Shown: positions 24,101 through 36,147, counted from the stretch's first letter. The stretch: DNA of 64,000 bases from Mayamaea pseudoterrestris (GCA_027923505.1 BROI01000027.1:248001-312000); one strand, 5' to 3'. Notes: generated from the sequence alone by a model not told the origin. Numbers and translations: made by a program.

Positions 24101-24753
24101 TAAGCCCTGTAGGTGCCCAATTTACACCAGAATGGTGCCAACATCATTAATCTGGCTGAGCTACAAGATGGTAGGCTTGGCTGGAGTCTCAGGGGATGGC
24201 AATGTATTTGGTGACAACTTGTCACCAGTCTTAGCCCACAGACACTGTGACATTCAAACGCCCCTACAGCAAGCCCTGTAGGTGCCCAAATTACACCAGA
24301 ATGGTGCCAACATCATTATTCAGGCTGCGCTACAAGATGGTAGGCTTGGATGGTGTCTCAGGGGATGGCAATGTATTTGGTGACAACTTGTCACCAGTCT
24401 CAGCCTGCAGATGCCGTGACATTCAAACGCCCCTACAGCAAGCCCTGTTGGTGCCCAAATTACACCAGAATGGTGCCAACATCATTATTCAGGTAGCGCT
24501 ACAAGATGGTAGGCTTGGCTGGTGTCTCAGGGGATGGCAATGTATTGGTGACAACTTGTCACCAGCGTCAGCCCGCAGATGCCATGACATTCAAACGCCC
24601 CTACAGCAAGCCCTGTTGGTGCCCAAATTACACCAGAATGGTGCCAACATCATTATTCAGGCTGCGCTACAAGATGGTAGGCTTGGATGATGTGTCAGGG
24701 GATGGCAATGTATTGGTGACAACTTGTCACCAGTCTCAGCCCGCAGATTCCAT
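15143..24753. repeat. Tandem satellite array, 169-bp monomer, about 57 copies
   Basis: Monomer caaacgcccctacagcaagccctgtaggtgcccaaattacaccagaatggtgccaacatcattattcaggctgcgctacaagatggtaggcttggctggtgtctcaggggatggcaatgtatttggtgacaacttgtcaccagtctcagcccgcagatgccgtgacatt recurs every 168-169 bp (e.g. 15311, 15480, 15649). Left-edge copies are more diverged. Confidence 0.98.
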
Positions 24754-25122
24754 TAACACCGTTGACGATTTCGCAGTCAACGTCTTACCTCCAAAAAGCT
24801 CCGATACAGGGTCCTTGGCCACGGTCTGTACAGCTCTTGATGGAGATGGCTCGTCGAATAGTCTTGCGCTCGCCACTACACGAATACGACTGCACTCTTG
24901 TCGCAAACTAGTAGTTCTATATTGTGAGCTTATCGCTACATCGCTACATCGACCACTCGGAAGATCATCCGATCAATCCGTTTCTTTCAATCACATTACA
25001 TCAGTCGTATCCACACGACGGTTGCGCACTTTCTTCATTCACATGTCACATACGACAGCTGCGGACTCGACACAAGCTAATTAGGGTTCGGGCTCTTGAC
25101 TTCGCCGCTCTGCGACTTGTCA
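24754..25122 (-). repeat. 3' LTR of copia A copy 1 (369 bp, 26-bp internal deletion)
   Basis: Reverse complement of the LTR at 31155-31549; lacks actggtcgttccattcatacaacgca. Confidence 0.9.
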
Positions 25123-25130
25123 CTCCCCTC
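25123..25130 (-). other. Polypurine tract of copia A
   Basis: Minus strand GAGGGGAG directly abuts the LTR start TGACAAG; the same octamer precedes the family B LTR at 44825-44832. Confidence 0.8.
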
Positions 25131-28100
25131 GGGTACGCTGCTCGTCGTAGCCGCATTCTTGTCCTTCACAATCGCATACGATGTATCGCCGCGCCAAAAC
25201 AATACTGGCTTGAGCAATGGCATCGCATCACAGTACGGCAGGTACTTTGTCAGTACGTCCGCAATGTTCTCCTTTCCGTCAATCTTCACAAACTTGATAA
25301 TCCCCGCAGCAACTGCCCAACGAACACGATGGTAGGCCAACGCATTGTGTCGCTTGGACAATGTCGAACTCGGGATTGTAGATTGCGTAATCACTGCTTG
25401 GTTGTCTCCGTACATCCAGGCAGACTTCTCCAATGGTACGCCCATAGCCATGAGCGACGCACGTAGAGAAATGCTGATATCGCCGAATTCCGATCCGAAG
25501 GTCGCAGTCTCGACTGTAGCCTGGAGTTTGCAGTGCCAGTCGACAGGCGTCTGGTTGACAAATGACAAAACTCCTTCCAATGACTTGCCTGTCACCATGC
25601 AATGCATGAGACACGCATCCTCGAAAGTTGATGTTCGCACAGTCACACCCTTTGGCGGTGGGTAGACGTCCAACATCTCTTCAACTCCGTCCTTCCCGTA
25701 AACGCTGCGCTCCCAATCTTGTTCCTCCATGGTGCCAAAGTGCTCCTCGTTGGCTGGCCACTTCGTACGGAAACGGATTGCTGCGTCCGGTAACTCTCAC
25801 AAATATCCACAGACTCGCTTCACCCGCTGCAGGTGTCCCTTGCGCGGCTCCACACGGAATCGCGACAGACTCACAACTGCTACGGCAATGTCAAATCGTC
25901 CCAAAGCAATCGCCCACTGAAGTGCTCCGACTAGAGACTGGTAAATCTTCTTCTCTTGGTCGTTCAGTAGCTCGCTTTGGTCAAGTTCTGGATGATCGTC
26001 TTTGTCGATTGGTGATGAATACTTCTTCGGAGGACCTTCAAACAAACGCTCGTACTGCGCCAAGAGTTTCGCAACGTAGGTCTTGGCCGACCAGTAAAGG
26101 GTTCCGTCAGGGTCTCGTCCAAAGTCACCGCCGGAGATGGTACTGGGATGTAAACCTGGCTGCTCTCAGGACCAGGATGGTCCCAATTGGGCCTTCTCCT
26201 TGGTGAACGCTTCGAGATAAGCATTCCCAATGTCACCGACCATGCACTTCTTTGCCGTTCGCTTCTCCAATCGGACGAGAGCTAGACGACCAGATTGCCC
26301 TCATATGCCCAGATAACACTGGTAGGCATCTTGTCCAGGTTGTATTTGCGCTTGTCAGTGTGCGCCCTGCAACGAGCGTGCCTTGTATCGCAAATCGTGC
26401 TTGACATCGTACACAAAGTGGACTCGGATCTGTTGGTAACCAGCTGGTGGTGCTGTGGTGGAACTCGGACCGAGATCTTGAAACGTCTCGTACTCGTCCA
26501 GGTTCGCAAGCTCCACGCCTTCCGCATCCGTCCACTTCGTGTGCCCTGCAGCTTCTTGTAGACGACGCGCTTCCTTCCAGTCTCGGGGTACTTGGACTCC
26601 AAACTTGTAGCGCGGTCCATTCTTCTGCTGCTCCATTCGGGCGATCGCCACCTTGCGCGCAACCTTCTTGGCGTTCCGGGCCCATCGATTCAACGATGTC
26701 CATCCGTCCATGTCGAGAAGATTATGCTTTTGCGCGTAGGCTGCCACTGATACTTTGTCGCTTTCGATCATCGCGTTGAGAGGCTCCCAAGTCTTGGATC
26801 CATCGTCCCATTGTACAAGGACGTTCCACTTGGAGTGCTTCCAGTTCTTCAACTTGCTCGTCAGCGGACCCTGATGGTCTAGAATCTCCTTGAAGAACCA
26901 TTTACGCTCAGGATTTGCCATGTCTTGGTTCACGCGCCCTCGTAGAGATCGGAAACCTCGACATAGGACATGACTTCAGTCCGCTTCGCCGTTACCAAGC
27001 TTCAGCATCATTTTAATGTTCTGATGGTTCTGGGCGTCGCGGTTGTTCAGCTCTCGACGGTCGGTCGAACTTCTTGCCCGTCGTCCGTCTTCATGAGAAA
27101 CGACTTGCCGATAAGTTCATTGGGTGCATACTTCGGGAGTTTGCGCCACGGATTGATGTTCTTCTTCTTCGGCTTGTCGTCGTCGTCATCGGCAGGATCG
27201 TCATCGGCAGGATTTGGATCATCCTCCCCGTCGGTCATATCGTCGTCTTCCGGGTATTCCACCGTCTCAACCAAAGGGGTATCGTCTTTGTCAGGAATGA
27301 AAGAATCATCGTCTCTGCTGTCAGCTTTGGTAATCTTCTTAATAATTTCCGGCATAAGGATCTCGCCAGTGACCAGTACGGTATAGAGACGGGCTCCCCT
27401 TCTTTCATGGTGGGAAGCAGGTGCCGGGACGCGAAGGTTCAAAAATTTGGGTCGTTTCGGGCAAGGCCAACCGATCGCGTCATGATCTGGTGGGTCTCGC
27501 AATCGCAGATGTAGTACGTCAGGTGCACCGTCGTGTTGGGACCAAGCCAGTACGCCGCTGAGCGGGTCCCGGGCCTCGACATCCTTGACAAAGTAGTTGA
27601 CAATTTCAAACCAACGAAAATGCAAATACTTCGACACGTCGGGGACTTGCCCAGTGATAAACTCGATCGGAGACTTGCCGTCCAAGGCAGGATGCGACAA
27701 ATGACGGTACATTCTGGTCGAAAAGTAAAGTGCGGTAGCCAGAATGCCGCGGTGCCCCGGTTCAACGTCGTTCATGACTTTCCTTTACGTGCCGATGATG
27801 CGCTCGGCTGGATTTTGATTCTGATAGTACGGTGCCGACGAATCATGAACTGCGCCAATCACTCGGCACTCATCGCTTCTTTCGCATTATCCGAGAAGAC
27901 TTCCAACGGAGCTCCAAACTCGCGGATGAAATCGGATCGGAGCAAGTCAACTGGTCCGCATGGGATACACGACAATGATTGATGCCAACCATAGAATAGC
28001 TGCACGCATGTGCACTCCTGCATGTCCGTCGATATGATCATCCATGGCTGGTTTGTCAAAGAACATGGTGTCATGGGCCACCGATCAAAGAGAGACGAAC

Positions 28101-30379
28101 GGCGATGTCGTGGGCGCGGTGAACGTGGCGCAAAGTATCTTTGTCCCCGCCAGGGACCGCAAAGCGCAGCAATGCTCGAACGGGCCGGCAGGAAGACTTG
28201 TAGGGCTGAGAACCAGCGAAACGGCAGCTTCCCTCTTTTGGGAAACAGGTGGTTGCTGAGCGCCGGGCCTGGTGGGTGGGTCGACAACGCGTCACGCGCG
28301 TGAAGCCCTTCTTCGCGCGACACGGCCGACGCCGCGCCCTGCCGCCATCGCCACCAAAGAGCATAGTCGCCGGCGGCCGCCGACGACAAACCATCACCAA
28401 GGCAAGGCACAGACCGAGGAAGGTGTGAAGCTCATGCGCCGAACGGAAACATTGGCAAGGACGCCATGCCACTTTCCATTCCGAGCAAAACTTGTATCCG
28501 CCGGCTTCGATCGAACCGCCACCAAAGTTAATGTTGTCGCGACATGAAGTCCGAAGGCTTCCATCTGCATACTGAATGAATCGTCTTGCCGGTTCCAGAA
28601 TATGCGTAATTATGGAACTCGCCGACGACCCAACCCTTGGTGCTCTTAAGCTTGGCGACTGCTGTGACGGTAGACAGGTCCGGAAGTTTGAGACCACCGA
28701 CTCCAGTGACTTCAATCTTGTGGAACTTGTCCTCGTGAGGATGCGCGTCCGCTCCCCATATCCGCCACTCGCGCGCGATCGACAGTCGACGCTGAATGCT
28801 TATCCAAGTCAATGCTCGCGACTTTGTACTTGCGACTCTGAGCGATATTTGCTCCTTCCCCGCGAGTCATCATGGTAGAACTTCGTCGACTAGCCGACGG
28901 CTGGGCTCGCTCGGCTCGCCTCGGTCGCTGCAGCGCTGTGGTGCGCTGATGGTGCCCTCGGCCGGTGCGGTGTGGTGCCCCTGTGTTGCTGATGCCGAAC
29001 CACCTGCAGCACTGGCCGCCGACTCGTACCACGGCGTTCAAACACTTCATGTTGCTGATCGCGGGTAGGAGTCGCTCGTGGGAATTGAATTTCGTGTCGG
29101 CATAGCTGCGAACAACGAGATTCTCCCGACCGCCGCCGCCCATCTCGCGGCGCCGGGCCGGATGGATTTTGATTGTTGCACTTGGCGGACTGGGAATTGT
29201 TCGCGCTTGCCTTCTTCGTGTCTTCTCCTTCTCTTTCTTGGTTTGTTCAGATTGGTTCGCCTGGCGCTTCTCGGTCTCTTGTGCACGACGATTGTCAGAT
29301 TGACGTGGACGTCGTTCAGGAGGTTCCAAAACTGGGTGGGTTCCCGGCGGTCTTGGACTCTTCGATCAGCGCCATGTTCAGCCGCTGCCATATCCGCATG
29401 GCGGAAAACCGCGCGCTCAAAAATCTGACGCTTCGTGCTTGCTGTAAGTAGCTCGGTTTCCTCGGCGTAGTCATTGTAGTTCTCTTTCCTTGCTGGACCA
29501 CTGGATAAGCCAATTGACGAGAGACTTGGCGTAACTCGCGTCGAGGGTGAAATTGCGCCATTCGTCTCGGCCGAACGTAGATCCAACTCGCGCGCATCCC
29601 GACGAGGAATGTCGCCTCCAACTCTGCAATGCACGCTGAGGCATTCGCGCTGTCGATGTGCTTGCGGACAATGAGCTTGCTCTGCGGTGTCTTGAGGTAT
29701 ACTCGAGCGCCGCTAAAAGCTTCGAACACTGATACTGATACTCGGCGAATCGGGGTCGAGTGCGGCTGGTGCCTTGAACTCGTCGTCCCAAAAGTAGCCA
29801 AGTCGCTCGCTTCGCATGCGGTTCTTGAAGGCCCGCCAGTAGGAGCAGAACTGCGATCGTCCTTGAGCCCAGCATGGTCTTCAGATCAGCAACTGATTGC
29901 TCGTCGTGGTGTCGTTGCCTCCGATAACGCTGAAGTCTCCGAAACTGCGGTTGCCTGCTGTCGGTGACCCCGGCGCTACTGGGAGGTCTCGGCTCGTAAT
30001 CTGGTCTTTCTCCGAGTCTTGCCATTGCGCAGTCGTCCGACGTTGCTCGTGAATCCAACTCCATGAGCTTGCGCAATCGGCTTGTTCGATCGTCGACCAC
30101 TGGTACTGGGTCTTAATGTTCGTCACGTCTTGTTCCGACAGTTCGGCCATCGCCTCCGCAGTCGTGAGTTCCTCTTGCACACACTGCGGTAGGGTCGTTG
30201 GATCCAAGCTGCGCGCGCTGCGAGCCAGGAATGCGAAGACTTTACCGACGGCAGCGCTGGTCGTTACATCAATTGTCGCCATGGTGGAGGTTGATCAGAG
30301 GAATCGGACTCGCTGCAGACGAATGTGTCACGATAGCTCCCTCGCTCGTTCTCGCTCTCAAAGCACTGAAATGTTAATC

Positions 30380-30767
30380 TAACACCGTTGACGATTTCGC
30401 AGTCAACGTCTTACCTCCAAAAAGCTCCGATACAGGGTCCTGGCCACGGTCTGTACAGCTCTTGATGGAGACGGCTCGTCGAATAGTCTTGCGTTCGCCA
30501 CTACACGAATAACGACTGCACTCGTCGCAAACTAGTAGTTCTATATTGTGAGCTTATCGCTACATCGCTACATCGAAGGAAGATCATCCGATCAATCCGT
30601 TTCTTTCAATCACATTACATCAGTCGTAACTGGTCGTTCCATTCATACAACGCATCCACACGACGGTTGCGCATTTTCTTCATTCACATGTCACATACGA
30701 CAGCTGCGGACTCGACACAAGCTAATTAGGGTTCGGGCTCTTGACTTCGCCGCTCTGCGACTTGTCA
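30380..30767 (-). repeat. 5' LTR of copia A copy 1
   Basis: taacaccgttg...gacttgtca matches the other three LTR copies, with a few small indels. Confidence 0.9.
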
Positions 30768-31154
30768 TGGGAATGTAAAAAGGGATACAAAACACTTGGT
30801 CAATTTCATGCACTAGTGGGAGTCCCATGCGAGGAACAGCAGCGCCTGCAGACTAAGGCTGGGCATTACATCAAGAAACTATACAATCATGGCTTAACAC
30901 ACGAACAAGCTCTAATAACTTACCATCAAGTCTATGGCCTAAGCATGACGTACACAAATTCCAAGCAGCTACGGTGTGGGAGGGCAATTCAGACATCCAC
31001 ACAGGTACCAGCTCCATGGTGCTGTCCAAATCTATCCCCACTTGTAGTCTTGTTCCATCAATCCTGTTAACTATGCCTGGTAACATGCTTGTTGTGACAT
31101 TGGTGCATAAAAATCTTCCATAGCTGATTCTTAGCAGCTACAGTATGGGAGGGC
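30768..31154 (+). pseudogene. Degenerate CpG-poor fragment, possibly the post-RT region of a non-LTR retrotransposon
   Basis: Translation YKTLGQFH...QQRLQTKAGHYIKKLYNHGLTHEQALITYHQVYGLSMTY resembles (from memory) the LINE-like xxTLG...L.+.EA..Y..+Y..+.Y pattern; only about 5 CpG in 387 bp. Confidence 0.35.
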
Positions 31155-31549
31155 TGACAAGTCGCAGAGCGGCGAAGTCAAGAGCCCAAACCCTAATTAG
31201 CTTGTGTCGAGTCCGCAGCTGTCGTATGTGACATGTGAATGAAGAAAGTGCGCAACCGTCGTGTGGATGCGTTGTATGAATGGAACGACCAGTTACGACT
31301 GATGTAATGTGATTGAAAGAAACGGATTGATCGGATGATCTTCCGAGTGGTCGATGTAGCGATGTAGCGATAAGCTCACAATATAGAACTACTAGTTTGC
31401 GACGAGAGTGCAGTCGTATTCGTGTAGTGGCGAGCGCAAGACTATTCGACGAGCCATCTCCATCAAGAGCTGTACAGACCGTGGCCAAGGACCCTGTATC
31501 GGAGCTTTTTGGAGGTAAGACGTTGACTGCGAAATCGTCAACGGTGTTA
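31155..31549 (+). repeat. LTR of copia A copy 2 (395 bp)
   Basis: tgacaagtcgcagagc...aacggtgtta; the same sequence occurs at 35656-36050. Confidence 0.92.
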
Positions 31550-31646
31550 GATTAACATTTCAGTGCTTCGAGAGCAAGAACGAGCGAGGGAGCTATCGTG
31601 ACACATTCGTCTGCAGCGAGTCCGATTCCTCTGATCAACCTCCAAC

Positions 31647-33182
31647 ATGGCGACGATTGATGTAACGACCTACAAGCGTGCCGTCGGTAAAGTCTTTGAT
31701 ATTCCGTGGCTCGCAGCGTCCGCAGCTTGGGATCCAAACGACCCTACCGCAATATGTTTTGAGCAAGAAGAACTCACGACTGCGGAGGCGATGGCTGAGT
31801 TGTCGGACCAAGACGTGACGAACATTAAGACCCAGCATCAGTGGTCGACGATACGAACAAGCCGATTGCGCAAGCTCTTGAGTTGGATTCACGAGCAACG
31901 TCGGACGACTGCGCAATGGCAAGACTTAGAGAAAGACCAGATTACGAGCCGAGACCTCCCAGTAGCACCGGGGTCACCGACAGCAGGAAACCGCAGTTTC
32001 GGAGACTTCAGCGTTATCGGAGGCAACGACACCACGACGAAACGACACGACATCAAGCTGGATTTGAAGACCATGCTGGAGCTCAAGAACGATCGCAAGT
32101 TCTGCTCCTACTGGCGGGCCTTCAAGAACCGCATGCGAAGCGAGCGACTTGGCTATTTTTGGGACGACGAGTTCAAGGCACCAGCCGCACTCGACCCCGA
32201 ATTCGCCGAGTATAAGTATCAGTGTTCGAAGCTTTTAGCGGCGCTCGAGTATACCTGCAAGACACCGCAGAGCAAGCTCATTGTCCGCAAGCACATCGAC
32301 AGCGCGAATGCCTCAGCGTGCATTGCAGAGTTGGAGGCGACATTTCTCGACGGGATGGCGCGCAAGTTGGATCTACGTTCGGCCGAAGACGAATGGCGCA
32401 ATTTCACTCTCGACGCGAGTTACGCCAAGTCTCTCGTCAATTGGCTTATACAGTGGTCCAGCAAGGAAGAGAACTACAATGACTACGCCGAGGAAACCGA
32501 GCTACTTACAGCAAGCACGAAGCGTCAGATTTTGGAGCGCGCGGTTTTCCGCCATGCGGATATGGCATCGGCGGTGAACATGGCGCTGATCGAAGAGTCC
32601 AAGACCGGCAACCCGATGACGTACACCCAGTTTTGGAACCTCCTGAACGACGTCGCACGTCAATCTGACAATCGTCGTGGCATCAAGGAGACCGAGAAGC
32701 GCCAGGCGAACCAATCTGAACAAACCAAGAAAGAGAAGGAGAAGACGAAGAAGGCAAGCGCGAACAATTCCCAGTCTACGCCAAGTAGCAGCAACAATCA
32801 GCAATCCAATCAGGGGGGCGGTGGTCGCGGCGACTTGAGCACGGGACGAGGCGGCGGCGGCGGCCGCGGTCGGGGAGATACTGTCGTATGTTCGCAGCTA
32901 TGCCGACACGAAGACGATCGAAATTCCCAGCGACGTGAATGCGACGATTCCACCAAACACGTGGCGAACTCCTTACCCGCGATCAGCAACATGAAGTGTT
33001 TGAACGCCGTGGTACGAAGTCGAGCGGCCAGTGCTGCAGGTGGTCTGACATCAGCAACACAGGCAGACACCACGCAGACGACGAGTACAACACGCAACGA
33101 ACGTCGCAGCCACTTCATCAGCGGCAACGACGGCGAGTGCGGCGTGACCGCGTGTGAACAACACCAGCCGTGGCTCAGCTGA
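31647..33182 (+). CDS. Gag-like ORF of copia A (stop probably caused by a frameshift of a gag-pol frame)
   Basis: 511-aa ORF starting about 100 bp after the LTR; helical core followed by a K/E-rich then GR-rich tail. Homologous broken copy at 30282-29050 (-). Confidence 0.75.
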   Translation: MATIDVTTYKRAVGKVFDIPWLAASAAWDPNDPTAICFEQEELTTAEAMAELSDQDVTNIKTQHQWSTIRTSRLRKLLSWIHEQRRTTAQWQDLEKDQITSRDLPVAPGSPTAGNRSFGDFSVIGGNDTTTKRHDIKLDLKTMLELKNDRKFCSYWRAFKNRMRSERLGYFWDDEFKAPAALDPEFAEYKYQCSKLLAALEYTCKTPQSKLIVRKHIDSANASACIAELEATFLDGMARKLDLRSAEDEWRNFTLDASYAKSLVNWLIQWSSKEENYNDYAEETELLTASTKRQILERAVFRHADMASAVNMALIEESKTGNPMTYTQFWNLLNDVARQSDNRRGIKETEKRQANQSEQTKKEKEKTKKASANNSQSTPSSSNNQQSNQGGGGRGDLSTGRGGGGGRGRGDTVVCSQLCRHEDDRNSQRRECDDSTKHVANSLPAISNMKCLNAVVRSRAASAAGGLTSATQADTTQTTSTTRNERRSHFISGNDGECGVTACEQHQPWLS

Positions 33183-35655
33183 TGCGAAGTTTCTAGGGTC
33201 CAGACCAGCCCACGACGACTCGGGGAGCAAATATTGCTCAGAGTCGCAAGTACAAAGTCGCGAGCATTGACTTGGATAAGCATTCAGCGCCGACGGTCGA
33301 CGCGCGCGAGTGGCGGGGGAGCGGACGGCCGCATCTTACCGAGGACAAGTTCCACAAGATTGAAGTCACTGGAGTCGGTGGCCCCAAGCCGACCTGTCTA
33401 CCGACACAGCAGTCGCCAAGCTTAAGAGACACCAAGGGTTGGGTCGTCGGTGAGTTCCATAATTACGCAACTGGAACCGGCAAGACGATTCATTCGAGTA
33501 TGCAGATGGAAGCCTTCGGATTCAGCAACGATAAGATTACAACTCAGGGGCAAGACGAATCGAAAACGCCAGACGGATAAGTTTATGCTCGAATGGAAAG
33601 TGGCATGGCGAACTTGCCAATGTTTCCAGTGTCGGCGCATGAGCTTCACACCTACCTCGGGTCATGATGACTTCGATGGGCCTTGGGATCCGAACGAGTT
33701 TGACGCCGAGCCGACCGAGGACGACGACCTCGGATGACGAGACGACGAGGACGACGACCGGACTTGTTGTCGCGGACGAAGACGACGAAGACAGTGACGA
33801 CGAAGAGGGCTCACGCGGTGACACGCTCGCGACGCGGAATCGCACCCACGCCAGAGCAACGGACGTATACGAACTCGGACACGACAACAACCGTACACCG
33901 AGAAGGAGCTGAATGTTTGTGCCGCCGCACAGAAGTACAATGCGGATTCGCCTATCAGCCCTACAAGCCGATCCTGCCAAAGAAACCCGGAGATCGACGA
34001 TTGCTGCCGAACTTTGCATGGTACCCGGCGCAGACGAACATGATACTTTGCGCCAAGCACGCAGTCAACATGCACGAGCGCCGACACCCCCCACGAATGC
34101 ACCGAAAGAGCCGATTCCCGAACGCCTACCGCCTAGATGATCGAGTGGCCCATGACACCATGTTCTTCGACGAACCAGCCATGGATGACCAATCGACGAG
34201 CAGGAGGACATGCGTGCAGCTATTCTAGGGCTGTCGCAGCCAGATCATTGTCGTGGTACCCAGGGAGAAAGGTGACGACCAAACGACCGGATTTCATCCG
34301 CGAGTTTGGACCCGTGGAAGTCTTCCGGATAATGCGAAAGAAGGATGAGTGCCGAGTTTGCGAAGTAGCGCAGTTCAATTCGCCGCGCACACATCGGAGC
34401 ACCGAAACAAACCAGCCGACGATCATCGGAGAAAAGAAAGTCGGAACGACTTGTGGACCGAACGGGCACTCCGGCATGCTTCTGGCTACGCGCTTTAACT
34501 CTTTTCCAGACCGAGATATAACGTCATTTGTCGATCCTGCCTTGGACGGCAAGTCTCCCATCGAGTTTATCACTGGGCCTCCCCACGGTCGGGCCATTTG
34601 CATTTTTGCTGGTTTGAAATTGTCAACCACGTTGTCAAGGGGATGTCGAGGCCCCGGGCCGGGGCGCGCGCACTGGCTTGGTCCCGGCACGACGGCGGAG
34701 ACGACCTGACGTGACTTCATCTGGCGACTGAGACACACGAGATCATGACGCGATCGGGTTTTGCTTACCCCGAAACGACCCAAAATTTTTGAACCTTCGC
34801 GCACGGCACCTGCTTCCCCAGTCATGAAAGAAGGGGAGCCGCGTCTCTATACCGTACCTGGTCTAGGAGGAGAGATCCTTACGCCGGAAATGATCAAGAA
34901 GATTACCGGACGCGACAGCAGAGACGACGATTCTTCATTCCGACGAAGACGAACCCTTGGCGAGACGGGAAGTACCCCGGAAGACGACGCATATGACCGA
35001 CGGGGAGCTAGATCCTAATCCTGCCGATGACGAACGACGACAAGCCGAAGAAGAAGAACAACTCAACGGGGCGCAAACTTCCGAGCAGCACCCGATGAAC
35101 TTATCGGCAAGTCGCTTCGCGAAGACGGACGACGGGCAAGAAGTCGGAAAGGACGGCGAGCAAGTGAACAACCGGCGACGCCCAGAACCACAAAACATTA
35201 AAACGATGCCGAAACGGCAACGGCGAAGATGAAACCATGTCCTATGTCGAGGTTTCCGACACGAGGCGGGAACCAAGACATGGCGAACCGAGCGTAAAGG
35301 TTCTTCAGAGATTCTAGACCATCAGGGTCCGCTGACGAGCAAGTCGAAGAACTGGAAGACCGCGAACGTGACAATGGGACGATGGATCCAAGACTTGGGA
35401 GCCCCAACGCGATGATCGAAAGCGACAAAGTATCAGTGGCAGCCTACGGGAAGCATAATCTCGACAAGGACGGATGGACATGTTGAACCGAGGGCCCGAA
35501 CGCCAAGAAGGCCAAGGTGGGCGACCGCCCGAATGGAGCAGCAGAAAGAAACGGACCGCGCACAGTTTGGAGTCCAAGTACCCCGAGATTGAAGAAGCGC
35601 GGCGTTTGCAGGAAGCTGCAGGGCACACGAAGCGGACGGAGCGGAAGGGGTGGAC

Positions 35656-36050
35656 TGACAAGTCGCAGAGCGGCGAAGTCAAGAGCCCAAACCCTAATTA
35701 GCTTGTGTCGAGTCCGCAGCTGTCGTATGTGACATGTGAATGAAGAAAGTGCGCAACCGTCGTGTGGATGCGTTGTATGAATGGAACGACCAGTTACGAC
35801 TGATGTAATGTGATTGAAAGAAACGGATTGATCGGATGATCTTCCGAGTGGTCGATGTAGCGATGTAGCGATAAGCTCACAATATAGAACTACTAGTTTG
35901 CGACGAGAGTGCAGTCGTATTCGTGTAGTGGCGAGCGCAAGACTATTCGACGAGCCATCTCCATCAAGAGCTGTACAGACCGTGGCCAAGGACCCTGTAT
36001 CGGAGCTTTTTGGAGGTAAGACGTTGACTGCGAAATCGTCAACGGTGTTA
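35656..36050 (+). repeat. LTR of copia A copy 3 (395 bp)
   Basis: Identical by eye to 31155-31549. Confidence 0.92.
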
Positions 36051-36147
36051 GATTAACATTTCAGTGCTTCGAGAGCAAGAACGAGCGAGGGAGCTATCGT
36101 GACACATTCGTCTGCAGCGAGTCCGATTCCTCTGATCAACCTCCAAC

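Larger units (their letters stand above)
24754..30767 (-). mobile_element. Ty1/copia LTR retrotransposon, family A copy 1 (two LTRs, frameshifted gag-pol)
   Basis: Near-identical LTRs at both ends. Minus-strand order is gag (MATIDVTT), protease (GWVVGEFHNYA), integrase (FIREFGAP, SDNAK), RT (VHFVYDVKHDLRYKAR, YQSLVGALQWAIALGRFDI), RNase H (QATVETATFGSEF, GDNQAV, KRHNALAYHRVR, ENIADVLTK). INT before RT indicates copia. Confidence 0.93.
31155..35655 (+). mobile_element. Copia A copy 2: 5' LTR, gag, PR, INT, truncated just before RT
   Basis: LTR 31155-31549, gag ORF from 31647, PR and INT remnants. Sequence stops at ...aaggggtggac and is directly followed by another LTR. Confidence 0.9.

Noticed and set aside
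15143..24753. CRISPR array or repeat-protein gene in the 169-bp array
   Set aside because: No unique spacers and no cas genes; the monomer length is not a multiple of 3, so the many 88-aa ORFs are frame-sliding artefacts ending at the same TAG.
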